Shown here one piece after another: positions 1 to 8,696 of a stretch of 43,432 bases of DNA. Position 1 is the first letter of the stretch, and the number at the start of each line of letters is the position of its first letter. The notes beneath the pieces are model-generated. The model was given only the letters and a program-made list of their open reading frames with translations, did not search any database and was not told where the DNA came from. A program made the translations under genes and the position numbers. The stretch spans positions 1-43,432 of IMG/VR virus record IMGVR_UViG_3300033487_000017; one strand, written 5' to 3'. The stretch is from a virus (Duplodnaviria; Caudoviricetes).

Positions 1-127
1 CAATTCTTAGCCATCATCACCCGGATCGGCCAGGGGTCGTTAAACACATTCCCCTCGCCGACGATCATCTCCAGGTTGATAGTGGCCTTGTTGTGCGACC
101 CGGACAGATCCACCGTGGTCGTCCCGA
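1..127. repeat. Terminal direct repeat, copy 1 (assembly overlap of a circular contig)
   Basis: 1-127 (caattcttag...gtcccga) is identical to 43306-43432; 127 is a common assembler k-mer. Confidence 0.95.
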
Positions 128-179
128 GTTCGGCCTCAATCGTCACGTCTGAGTATTGCAAAGTTGATGAGCTTGCCAT
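1..179 (-). CDS. Major tail (tube) protein, 5' part; continues across the junction to 43038
   Basis: ATG at 179 with AGGAGG RBS; MASSSTLQYSDVTIEAELGTTTVDLSGSHNK joins ORF 43038..43418 in frame (about 148 aa); lies between tail terminator and tail chaperones. Confidence 0.75.
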   Translation of the reverse strand, partial: MASSSTLQYSDVTIEAELGTTTVDLSGSHNKATINLEMIVGEGNVFNDPWPIRVMMAKN

Positions 180-190
180 TGTCTTACCTC

Positions 191-406
191 CTAAAGTGTT
201 TCTGGTAGTTTATCTAATTCGCGGTCACGCTTGCGACCGCCCCGGCGTTGATAGTTTTGCAATTCGACCGGTTCAGCCGGCCGGATAATGCCCTTTTCAA
301 TCAGGATCAAGGCTGCCGTGTCATCAAATGGGATGATCTTGCCCGGTGGCATAATGCGCTTGAAACGCTCGACATATACGTTTTTCACGATCACATAATC
401 TTTCAT
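191..406 (-). CDS. Hypothetical protein (71 aa) in the neck/tail module
   Basis: ATGA-coupled to the upstream gene. Confidence 0.65.
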   Translation of the reverse strand: MKDYVIVKNVYVERFKRIMPPGKIIPFDDTAALILIEKGIIRPAEPVELQNYQRRGGRKRDRELDKLPETL

Positions 407-813
407 CCATTGCCCTCCAGTGACACGATGACCGCCCAGTATTCGACATTCCCGATGGTTACGATCCCCTGGCGCATAGTCCAGCTAAAGGCGCCCTGCG
501 TCGGGCGGGTCATAGCGCGCAAGGCGGTGGTGGCGTTATCCATCATCGCAACCGTGTTCGTAAAATTTGGCTGGTTAGTGTTCTGTGCGGTTGGCTCGTA
601 GGCGATAACGAAATCCATCCGCATGACATGACCCAGGTTGCCGCCCTGGTTGAAGATGATCGGCTGGTCGCCGCCCGCCGGAATCAATGGGAACGAGGCC
701 GGCAGGTCCGCCGTTCCAATGGACTGTGGCGGATAGGCGTATTTGCGCGTCACGCCCGTGATGGTCAGGCCGGCAACCGCAGCGACGAACGAGGCGTAAG
801 TTGTGGGCGTCAT
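403..813 (-). CDS. Putative tail terminator / tail completion protein
   Basis: 136 aa, PASFP motif, position between head-tail connector and major tail protein. Confidence 0.55.
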   Translation of the reverse strand: MTPTTYASFVAAVAGLTITGVTRKYAYPPQSIGTADLPASFPLIPAGGDQPIIFNQGGNLGHVMRMDFVIAYEPTAQNTNQPNFTNTVAMMDNATTALRAMTRPTQGAFSWTMRQGIVTIGNVEYWAVIVSLEGNG

Positions 814-1691
814 AAGGCTGGTTTCCTGTAATTATCTAAAATCGCCTTGACGTCTTTCGGGACGCCCTGCGGTATCATAATCACCCCGGCGTCAGGCAGG
901 GCAGTCGTGTCAAATACCGAACTGTCTTTTTGTCGAAAGTAATAAGCCGCCAGGCGCATGGTGGCAAAGATAATATCCTGTGGGGGCGTCGTGGAATAGG
1001 CCCAGCGCCCCAGGATCGTTATGCCAGTTTCGGGGTCGCTGGTATAGTCCCAGAAGTTGCTGGTCGAACTGAGTATCTTGAAACCGTACCAGGGCGTCGT
1101 GTTGCGCGGCTGGGTGATGAAATCGGTATCCTTGACCAGGACTACCGGCGTCCCATCCACATCGCTGGTGACGGTCGTCACCGCGCACAGATCCTCGTCA
1201 AACCAGATGCAATCGCCTTCTGTATCCTCGCCAACCGTGAAATAATGGGTGGTATCGGCATCGCAGGTGAACACCCGCTTGGTGTAGTTCTCGATATACT
1301 TCTCGGCTTTGGCAATCAGGCTGGTGATCAGCGCATCATCGTCTGATCCGCTTATCCCCATGTACGCCTTGACGTCTGCCGTGGATACATACGTTGCAAC
1401 CGAGGACCAGGACGAGCCGACCACGCTGTACAGCAGATTTTGCTGAACCGCCCCCGCGCCCGTGACCTTGACCGCCAGCGGCCCGGCGGTATCGGTTTCA
1501 GCGATCGCGAAGACATAAGAATACCAACCGCTGCCGATCTCCGCTTTTGTCCCCGCGCTGGCGCCGAATGCGCCGCCGTTCTTGGATACCTGCAAGGTGA
1601 AGGTCGCGCCTAGACCGGTCACTTCTGTACCGTCGGTATCCACCAGGACGAATGTAATCTTTGCCGCTGTATTGATCAATATGTCAGTCAT
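810..1691 (-). CDS. Head-tail connector (HK97 gp6/SPP1 gp15-like) with an extra N-terminal Ig-like domain
   Basis: C-terminal part has YVSTADVKAYMGI..DDALITSLIAKAEKYIENYT..PQDIIFATMRLAAYYF..PKDVKAILDNYR; the first ~95 aa are beta-rich. Confidence 0.8.
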   Translation of the reverse strand: MTDILINTAAKITFVLVDTDGTEVTGLGATFTLQVSKNGGAFGASAGTKAEIGSGWYSYVFAIAETDTAGPLAVKVTGAGAVQQNLLYSVVGSSWSSVATYVSTADVKAYMGISGSDDDALITSLIAKAEKYIENYTKRVFTCDADTTHYFTVGEDTEGDCIWFDEDLCAVTTVTSDVDGTPVVLVKDTDFITQPRNTTPWYGFKILSSTSNFWDYTSDPETGITILGRWAYSTTPPQDIIFATMRLAAYYFRQKDSSVFDTTALPDAGVIMIPQGVPKDVKAILDNYRKPAL

Positions 1692-3568
1692 TCTTTGTAA
1701 AATCCTTTTGGCAGTGACCGCCGAATGCCCTTAAACAAAGATTGAATAAAGCCACCTGCTGCGCCCGGAATTGCCGCAATTAGAGCGCCCGCGCTGGTGA
1801 GTGCCCCGGATACCGCGACGGCGATCCGCCTGGCAATCGAGCCTTCAGGCGCCAGCGTCCCCGCCAACGACTTGCCGGTCTGTATCGTCAAAGCTCCAGC
1901 CGATGTCAACGCGCCGCCGACCGCCACCAGTGCGGCCTTGATCGTTGTCACCGCGCCGGATGACGTTAGCTCGCCCGCCATTGTCAATGCGGCTCGCTTG
2001 ACTACTACGCCTGCCGATGTCAGCGCGCCGGATAACGCCGTTGCTGTGGATTTGATTATTCCGCCGTCTGGCGCAATCGTACCGGCCAGCGTCTTGCCAG
2101 TCTGTAATACCAGTGCCCCCGCGCTGGTCAGCTCCCCGCCAACCGTAGCCAAAATCGTCCCGGTCTTTAAAGTCGCCAATTCGCCTGCACTGGCAAGCGC
2201 CCCGGCCAATATCTTCACCGTTTGCCTGACCAATTCGCCATCCGGTGTAATTGCCCCGGCCAGCGCCTTGCCGGTTTGCATCACAACCGCCCCAGCGCTG
2301 GTCAGTGTTCCGCCAACCGCCATGACCGCCGCCTTGACGGTGGCGACTGCGCCCGTGGAGGTCAATTCGCCTGCCAGGGTTTTTGCCGTTTGCTTGATGG
2401 CTATCCCGGTGCTAGTCAATTCGCCTGCCAGCGTTTTGCCAGTCCGCATAACCACCGAGCCAGCCGTGGTGAGTGTCCCTGCCAGAGCGATGACCGCCGC
2501 CTTGACAGTCGCCACAATACCAGAAGGCGTCAATGCCCCGGATAGTGGCTTGCTTGTTCGCCTAGCGACCTCTCCCGCGCTGGTCAATGCACCCGCCTGG
2601 CTGGTTAATCCGGTTTTCGAGAATAACCCGCCGGTTGTTGGGGCGATGCTTCCGTCTAACGCTTTGCCCGCTCGCTTGAGCGCCGTTCCTGCCGAGGTCA
2701 GCGCACCGGCCACAATCTTATGCACCGAATTTGTCAGCGCACCAGCTGGCGTCAATTCACCCGCAACCGCCTGCTCGTATTCATTCCCACCGCCGCCGGT
2801 AAACTCGGTTAACAGCTCGCCCGCGCTGGTCAGCGCACCTGAAATAATTTTGCGCGCCGCGTTGATGAGCGCCCCAGCGGGTGTCATTGCCCCCGCATTG
2901 GTCAATGGGTATTTTATAGCCGGATAAGACGTGGTGTAATCGGTCGTGCCGTCCGCCGTGCCTGTCCCGCCGGGATCAGCAACAACACTGTCTGCTTTGC
3001 CCTTCCAATAAAATTGCAAATTGGTTGTATAAAATGCGGGCGAATTTCCACCAGCCAGGGCAGTGATGGTCGTGCCATCTAATACCGCATTCCATACTGC
3101 GACCTCGCCAATCTTTCCGTCAAAGTTTCGATTATCGTCCGAGTAGCGCCCTCCAACGCACCACAACCCCGTTATTGCTGTTTCGGTGGCTCCATCTTGA
3201 AATGTTCCATCTATATAAGAAACCTCAGAACCATTAATATATAAATGGATTGTATCTGCATCATTAAACGTTCCATCGTGCGTTACTAATGCATGTGTCC
3301 ATTGTTCATTCGACCATTGCGTGGGGCCAGATATTCTTACCAGGCTGGTCGATCCAACTCTCCCAAGTCCTAATGATCGATCCCCATTCTGACCAACCGA
3401 GAAGTAAATACCCGCCGCATTTGTAGCCGGACCCAAATTGACAATATATCTGGACGACAATGCCGAATCTGAATAAATCCAGGCAGAGATTGTAATAGGT
3501 CCGCCCGCCGGGTTCATTACATTGGACCAATTTATTCGATCAGTCGAGCCGTTGAAATCACGGGCCAT
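1688..3568 (-). CDS. LamG/concanavalin-A-like domain protein with ~20 G-x-L-T-S-x-G repeats (putative virion fibre)
   Basis: ITISAWI..WTHALVTHDG..HLYINGSE..FDGKIGEVAVWNAVL is a LamG signature; 18-20 aa Ala/Gly/Thr repeats follow; start moved to MARDFNG. Confidence 0.75.
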   Translation of the reverse strand: MARDFNGSTDRINWSNVMNPAGGPITISAWIYSDSALSSRYIVNLGPATNAAGIYFSVGQNGDRSLGLGRVGSTSLVRISGPTQWSNEQWTHALVTHDGTFNDADTIHLYINGSEVSYIDGTFQDGATETAITGLWCVGGRYSDDNRNFDGKIGEVAVWNAVLDGTTITALAGGNSPAFYTTNLQFYWKGKADSVVADPGGTGTADGTTDYTTSYPAIKYPLTNAGAMTPAGALINAARKIISGALTSAGELLTEFTGGGGNEYEQAVAGELTPAGALTNSVHKIVAGALTSAGTALKRAGKALDGSIAPTTGGLFSKTGLTSQAGALTSAGEVARRTSKPLSGALTPSGIVATVKAAVIALAGTLTTAGSVVMRTGKTLAGELTSTGIAIKQTAKTLAGELTSTGAVATVKAAVMAVGGTLTSAGAVVMQTGKALAGAITPDGELVRQTVKILAGALASAGELATLKTGTILATVGGELTSAGALVLQTGKTLAGTIAPDGGIIKSTATALSGALTSAGVVVKRAALTMAGELTSSGAVTTIKAALVAVGGALTSAGALTIQTGKSLAGTLAPEGSIARRIAVAVSGALTSAGALIAAIPGAAGGFIQSLFKGIRRSLPKGFYKE

Positions 3569-4727
3569 AAGTAAATCTCCCGTCATTCAACAGCTCATAT
3601 AAGGCTTTCATGGTGTTTTCACCATATGTTTTATATTCAGCCACACCACGTGCTAATTCTAAGCCTTGTTCTATGGACATTGCCAGACTTGCACTGTAAG
3701 TATCCTTCCAAAGATAGCGGAGTGAAGTCGTTATATTTTCTTCCAGCAAGTTGAAGTCCGCGTCCAATGTCTGCATTTCGGTGTTGAAATACCCATAATT
3801 GCCGCCGGTGTCGCCTGATTGCACGTTTCCGTGAATATCTGTATTGTCATAATAAGAGTGATAATCCAAACCCACATCAATCGTCCCGCCGGTATCAGCA
3901 GTCATCGCCGCCCGAAATGCGGTGGTACATTCCAAATCGTTGGCGTCCCATTCGCGGTTATGATCTCTTGTTGCGTCCTCCGGGCAGGACCGGAAATAAC
4001 CCGCCCAGACACCTTGCGGATTAGTACATGGATAAACGTAGAACTCGAACCAATCTAGCAGCGTTTCAGCATTAGCCGCCCCGCTCAAGAGCCAATCCAC
4101 TGCGCTCTCAAACGCGAACACGCCCGGTGTTTCAGATGGATGGTTAAAAGAACTTAAGATCGCCTTGTTCTTATTTCCCACCCGATCTCCCGTAATCTTG
4201 AAGCCGTAGAATGACAATGCTGGCGCAGTTCGCCCGCTTCCATCGCCCGCGCTTCTTGGGGTTGCCGCGTCGATCACCCCGTCCGTGCTGCTGGTGGTAT
4301 CGCTTACCCTGGAAGTATAGGACATCCATTGCGCCACTTTGCGCTGTACCCGGCTGAATGGATACAGCGGCAGGGCTGCGACATAAATCACCCCAGCCGG
4401 GAATGCGCTATCATTGCTAAATTCCAAATCCGTCTCGCCAATGGTAACGTTATCGAAATCGTTCCATGCGTCGGTGTCGTCGGCAATAGCCCAGCAGCAT
4501 AACCGCTCGCCCGCTGCCATGTTGAGATGGTCGGCCTTGGCAATCAGGAAGGTTGGCGTAGCGCCGCCCAGCTCATTCGACCGGACGGCCCACCACGCCC
4601 ATTGGCTGTTCCAATGCTTGACCGGCGTTATGCGAATTGAACTCGTGCCCTCAATCGCGGCAAAGCTGCCTTGATCGAAGTCGCGCTCGTATCGCGTCCC
4701 GACGCCAACCCGACTGACCAGAGCCAT
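3558..4727 (-). CDS. Zn-carboxypeptidase (M14-like) domain protein
   Basis: HPSE (HxxE), NPQG, DHNREW, LDYHS and distal SIE motifs in M14 order. Confidence 0.7.
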   Translation of the reverse strand: MALVSRVGVGTRYERDFDQGSFAAIEGTSSIRITPVKHWNSQWAWWAVRSNELGGATPTFLIAKADHLNMAAGERLCCWAIADDTDAWNDFDNVTIGETDLEFSNDSAFPAGVIYVAALPLYPFSRVQRKVAQWMSYTSRVSDTTSSTDGVIDAATPRSAGDGSGRTAPALSFYGFKITGDRVGNKNKAILSSFNHPSETPGVFAFESAVDWLLSGAANAETLLDWFEFYVYPCTNPQGVWAGYFRSCPEDATRDHNREWDANDLECTTAFRAAMTADTGGTIDVGLDYHSYYDNTDIHGNVQSGDTGGNYGYFNTEMQTLDADFNLLEENITTSLRYLWKDTYSASLAMSIEQGLELARGVAEYKTYGENTMKALYELLNDGRFTYGP

Positions 4728-5336
4728 TTACCCGCCTGCGGTCAAGGTCAACGAATACGTGAACTGAATACTATCGCCATTGACCACATTGATCGCCGCA
4801 AATTCGCTGCGGTCCATCAGCGTGACGCTGGTCGATGCGTTGAACAGCCCGTGCTCTGTGATCGCCTTGCCGGTGGTATAACTGATCGTCCCAACGCTGG
4901 TATAGATATTGTGCGCGGTTTCGGTCTGCGTCCCAGTCGCCCGGCTCTCTCCGTCTGTCGTCTCGATGTCGGTGTCGGTGATTTCCGGGTCGGTCGTTCC
5001 AACGCCCGAGTCGTGATACTTGAAATCGCCAAAGGCACTGGTTTCGGTCTGGAGTTGGTCGGTCACGAAATCTACAAATGCGGTCGTGACCACCCGGTAG
5101 TCCAGCACGCCGAAGCGCACGCGCTGCCCGTTGGCCTTGATCAGCGTTGCCTCTAACTTCCCGTAAGCCGTCATCAGCCCAAAGAAATTGGCAATCGGGT
5201 TGACGATAAACACGCCGATCAAGCTCTTGATCTTCGACCAGCGCAGCCAGTTGGCGACAAACCACCACAGCCCCGGCCCCGGTGCACGGATCACCCGCGC
5301 ATTCAACTTGCCTTGCATTGCTACATTTCCGTTCAT
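4728..5336 (-). CDS. Putative virion structural protein (collar/fibre-attachment-like)
   Basis: AGGAGG RBS; C-terminal AITEHGLFNAS..LMDRSEFAAINVVNGDSIQFTY resembles a recurrent phage structural motif. Confidence 0.5.
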   Translation of the reverse strand: MNGNVAMQGKLNARVIRAPGPGLWWFVANWLRWSKIKSLIGVFIVNPIANFFGLMTAYGKLEATLIKANGQRVRFGVLDYRVVTTAFVDFVTDQLQTETSAFGDFKYHDSGVGTTDPEITDTDIETTDGESRATGTQTETAHNIYTSVGTISYTTGKAITEHGLFNASTSVTLMDRSEFAAINVVNGDSIQFTYSLTLTAGG

Positions 5337-5338
5337 TG

Positions 5339-6010
5339 TCAAACCTCCTGATCTAATGGTTCAATCTCAAACATTGTTCTGTCCGTGTTGATCGTCGGCC
5401 AAACTACCGCCATGCTGTTGTGGTTCAATATATGCCCACACACAACCCCGAGATCATGCTTTTGTACAAATCCATGCGCCTTACAATCCAGCGCAAAATA
5501 CCAATCATCGGCCATCGAGCCGGATAGCCTGAATTCGATCTTTTCCAGCACCCGCCGGTGAATCAGCGTGCAGCCCATCCCGACGCCCTGAGTGGTGATA
5601 ATCCGGCCCCATTGCGCCGCGGCATAATTGCGCTTACTGTCGATGCTCTTGCCGGTCGCCTTGCTGATCTCATGGAAGGCGAGCCATTGATGTTGCCCAT
5701 GACGTGAACAGTACAGCCCATAGGCTACATCTGCATCAATTGCCGCCAGCCTGGTGAGTGTATTGGGCGGGACGATCATATCCGCCTCGATAGATAGCAT
5801 GGCGTCGTAATTGCCATCCAGGACCATCTTGCGCGCCCGGTTATGCTTGTGCATCAGGTTCAGCGTTCCGATTTCCTGCCCCGGCTCATCGTGGCGGGCA
5901 AAGACAATATCCAGCGGGTCGTCATATTCCAGCGTCAAGATGCTCTGAACGGTACGCCCATAGATGCGCGGCATTGTTGGGGCGAGTGGGCAGAATACCA
6001 GCACTTTCAT
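5339..6010 (-). CDS. Glycosyltransferase, GT-A fold (GT2-like)
   Basis: NRARKMVLDGNYDAMLSIEADM (DxD-like), GMGCTLIHRRVLE, DDWYF, VVCGH. Confidence 0.8.
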   Translation of the reverse strand: MKVLVFCPLAPTMPRIYGRTVQSILTLEYDDPLDIVFARHDEPGQEIGTLNLMHKHNRARKMVLDGNYDAMLSIEADMIVPPNTLTRLAAIDADVAYGLYCSRHGQHQWLAFHEISKATGKSIDSKRNYAAAQWGRIITTQGVGMGCTLIHRRVLEKIEFRLSGSMADDWYFALDCKAHGFVQKHDLGVVCGHILNHNSMAVVWPTINTDRTMFEIEPLDQEV

Positions 6011-6681
6011 ACGATAAATTCCTTGCGATAGCGCCGCTTAACGAACAGATAACCCCTCAACATGGCCTCCATATCGCTACCCATCGTCTCACGAGTGCGG
6101 TCAATGCAGCAGGTCGTTGCCCTGACGTGATACATCTCGGTTACCTTGTTCATCCTGATCCACAAATCCCAATCCTCATGGTTGGGTAGCATTTCATCGA
6201 ATGCTCCGACCTCGTTAACCAGCCAGCGATCGTGCAGGACGCAGCACACCGGCGTGATGTTGTGGCTCAGGATATTGCCCGGATCTGGGTCAACGCTCAT
6301 GTATCGCTTGGTATGCCCATCGGCCCACAGTGCGTCTGCGTCGCTGTAGATAAAGCGCGCCTTGCCGATCTCGGCTGTCAGGGCGTCCAGATGCCACTCA
6401 TAGAACCAGTCGTCGTCGTCAAGATAGGCAATCCACTCGCCTTTACTGACTTTTAGCCCGGCATTCCTGGCGGCCGGCAATCCCTGGTTAGCTGCCATGT
6501 TGACATAACGTGTATGCCTGAAGCTCTCCGCGATCTGCCTCACATCTTCCCCGCCATCGTTGACAACAATCGTCTCATAATGGCGGTAACGTTGTTTTGA
6601 GATGCTAGCCAAAGCCCGCCTCAGTAGCTCCGGGCGGTTATAGGTTGGAACGATCACAGATACAAAAGCCGGGCGTGTCAT
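6007..6681 (-). CDS. Glycosyltransferase family 2
   Basis: VSVIVPTYNRPE, VVNDGG, ARNAGL, YLDDDD, EDWDLW; start moved to MTRPAFV (ATGA overlap). Confidence 0.92.
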   Translation of the reverse strand: MTRPAFVSVIVPTYNRPELLRRALASISKQRYRHYETIVVNDGGEDVRQIAESFRHTRYVNMAANQGLPAARNAGLKVSKGEWIAYLDDDDWFYEWHLDALTAEIGKARFIYSDADALWADGHTKRYMSVDPDPGNILSHNITPVCCVLHDRWLVNEVGAFDEMLPNHEDWDLWIRMNKVTEMYHVRATTCCIDRTRETMGSDMEAMLRGYLFVKRRYRKEFIV

Positions 6682-7301
6682 TTTGCGGATACCCAATCCA
6701 GTCGATGTTTGTCCAGGAAATGCGCTAAATTGACTTGCGTCAATTCTGCATCGTCGTTATATTTACGACTTCCACCGCCGCCGTTGACGTGCGTCACAGG
6801 GAATTCGGCCTTGCGCACGCCAAAGCCGCGCTTGATCGCCCGATAGCAGTAATCAGTTTCCTCGAATAGAATCTTGACAAACAATTCATCGAATAGCCCG
6901 ACTTCCAACAGCACCCGGCGCGGGATAGCAAAACACCAGCCAACCGCATAATCACCGAAACGCCAATGCCGCAACTCGGCCCCATAAACCGCGTCATCTG
7001 CCAACTTTGCCAGCACCGGCCCGATCTCGTTATGCACCAATGTGTCATTGTCCAACAGCAGATACCATTGGCTGATAGGGCAATGCACCAATCCCAGGTT
7101 GATCGCCTTGCAATGGCTCTCGTTGTCCGTGCGTACAAACGTAGTCCGGTCAACCGCTGCGGTCGGATAGGGCGGAGTGCTGCCGCTATCCACAAAGACC
7201 AGCGGCGCATCCGGGTTGCGCTTTCTGAGCGACTGCCACAGCGGAAGATTAAACTCATTCCACTGATTGTGTGAAGCGCAGACAATTGAGAATAATTCCA
7301 C
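6678..7301 (-). CDS. Glycosyltransferase family 2
   Basis: VFVDSGS, AINLGL, LLLDNDT, VGLFDELF..FEETDYCYRA. Confidence 0.88.
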   Translation of the reverse strand: MELFSIVCASHNQWNEFNLPLWQSLRKRNPDAPLVFVDSGSTPPYPTAAVDRTTFVRTDNESHCKAINLGLVHCPISQWYLLLDNDTLVHNEIGPVLAKLADDAVYGAELRHWRFGDYAVGWCFAIPRRVLLEVGLFDELFVKILFEETDYCYRAIKRGFGVRKAEFPVTHVNGGGGSRKYNDDAELTQVNLAHFLDKHRLDWVSAK

Positions 7302-7303
7302 GA

Positions 7304-7879
7304 TTACGCCCTCTCAAAGACGAGCAAACTGTTGACCAATTCAACAATTTTCCATTGTTTATTTTTGCGGGCGACCTCATCCACAACACGCTGCACGCCC
7401 GGATGATCCTTGCTGTTGTAATCGTGCATCAGAATATAACGCGTGGAGATGCTGGAGGCGTTGCGCCAATCGACAAAGACATTTTCAAATCGGTGATCGC
7501 CATCAATCAGTATGCTTGTCGGTTTTACGTCTTTGGAAATAGGCCAGGGATTAGAGACGGATTGCACAACCCGAACCCGCTTGTTGACACCGAACGCGCG
7601 CAGATTAGCCTTGACAATCTTTGGCGTCGGCCTCAGATGCACCGCTGGATCTTCCGTATCCCACCAGCCGCCCGTCATCGGGTCGATGGTGTAAACATAC
7701 CCGGTAACGCCAGCGTCTTGCTTTGCCAGCGCGGTAATAATGGCTGTGCCGCCCCATAAGCAGCCGATCTCCACATGATCGCCTGGGATAGCTGTATATT
7801 TCACCAGGCATTCATTCTCGCTCTCGCGGGTTAGTGCAATTCTGCCGGTCATCTTGTTCAATCGTTCAAACCATGTCAT
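7304..7879 (-). CDS. Class I SAM-dependent methyltransferase (Methyltransf_24-like, possible sugar O-methyltransferase)
   Basis: VEIGCLWGGT, YTIDP, LIDGDHRFE, MHDY, PGVQRVVDE. Confidence 0.85.
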   Translation of the reverse strand: MTWFERLNKMTGRIALTRESENECLVKYTAIPGDHVEIGCLWGGTAIITALAKQDAGVTGYVYTIDPMTGGWWDTEDPAVHLRPTPKIVKANLRAFGVNKRVRVVQSVSNPWPISKDVKPTSILIDGDHRFENVFVDWRNASSISTRYILMHDYNSKDHPGVQRVVDEVARKNKQWKIVELVNSLLVFERA

Positions 7880-8621
7880 TGGTCACATACTCCTGTCTCA
7901 TCCGGCCGTTCCAATCCCTGCCGTATCGCTTCTCAAGTATCGTGTGCATATTGACGCCGGCCTTGATCGCCCGTTCCTCTGCGCTCATGTTCATCCGGCC
8001 CATGTCGTAACCGATGTTGGTGATCTTCTCAATCTCCACATCTTCACAGACATACAAGCCCCGTCCCTGCTGGCGGGCTTTCCAGCAGGTTTCCAGGTCG
8101 ACGCCCCAGGCGAATACCAGATCAGGACTAAAGCGCCCAATCTCATCGAGCCAGTCTGCCCGGTATAGAGCTGCGATATTGTCAATCATCCAGGTCTTAC
8201 GCAGCCCGCCGCCGTTCCGGTGTTTCAAATGGCTCCAGGCGGTCGTGCTGTTTTCAGTCAGCGCCGGATGCACGCCGACGGCGTTATCATTCTGCACCAG
8301 CGCCCATGCAAGCGGGGTCAGCGGGTCTGAGTAACCAGTAAACGCGGCGGAAGTTATCAAGAACCAATAAGCCAGGAACTTCTCACCGGCCAACGTTGCC
8401 AGCCGATCAGCTTCCTTCAGACCCGCCAACCAGCCACCGGTCGTCTGGATGTTGGTATCCAATTTGAGTGTGGTGTACTGTGATGGCGGTACAAGGTCGC
8501 TGCCGTTGTCTATTACGATCAGGCTGTACGGCCATAAGACACATTCGCGGATATGGCGACAGAGCGCATCCGTGCGCTCCGGCATGTTGTAGTTTGTGAT
8601 GATGATCGCGACCCTATTCAA
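7866..8621 (-). CDS. Glycosyltransferase family 2-like
   Basis: IIITNYNMPE, VIDNGSD, IGRFSPDL..WGVDLETC; the DxD is degenerate; TTG start. Confidence 0.75.
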   Translation of the reverse strand: MNRVAIIITNYNMPERTDALCRHIRECVLWPYSLIVIDNGSDLVPPSQYTTLKLDTNIQTTGGWLAGLKEADRLATLAGEKFLAYWFLITSAAFTGYSDPLTPLAWALVQNDNAVGVHPALTENSTTAWSHLKHRNGGGLRKTWMIDNIAALYRADWLDEIGRFSPDLVFAWGVDLETCWKARQQGRGLYVCEDVEIEKITNIGYDMGRMNMSAEERAIKAGVNMHTILEKRYGRDWNGRMRQEYVTNDMV

Positions 8622-8639
8622 TCCAACACTCCCGTTCTT

Positions 8640-8672
8640 GCCTGGGCGGGTGGAGGACCGGCCCGCCCAGGC
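8640..8672 (-). other. GC-rich stem-loop without a U-tract between the capsid gene and the GT cluster
   Basis: GCCTGGGCGGG (8640-8650) pairs with CCCGCCCAGGC (8662-8672); possibly an mRNA stability or step-down element. Confidence 0.55.
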
Positions 8673-8696
8673 GCACCAAAGGAGAAGGGGAAGGGA

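Noticed and set aside
1-127. 127-bp terminal repeat as a biological DTR
   Set aside because: It falls in the middle of the major tail gene and equals a typical assembler k-mer, so it is best explained as a circularisation overlap
1797-2927. 376-aa plus-strand ORF
   Set aside because: Antisense shadow of the Ala/Gly/Thr repeat gene; no RBS or promoter
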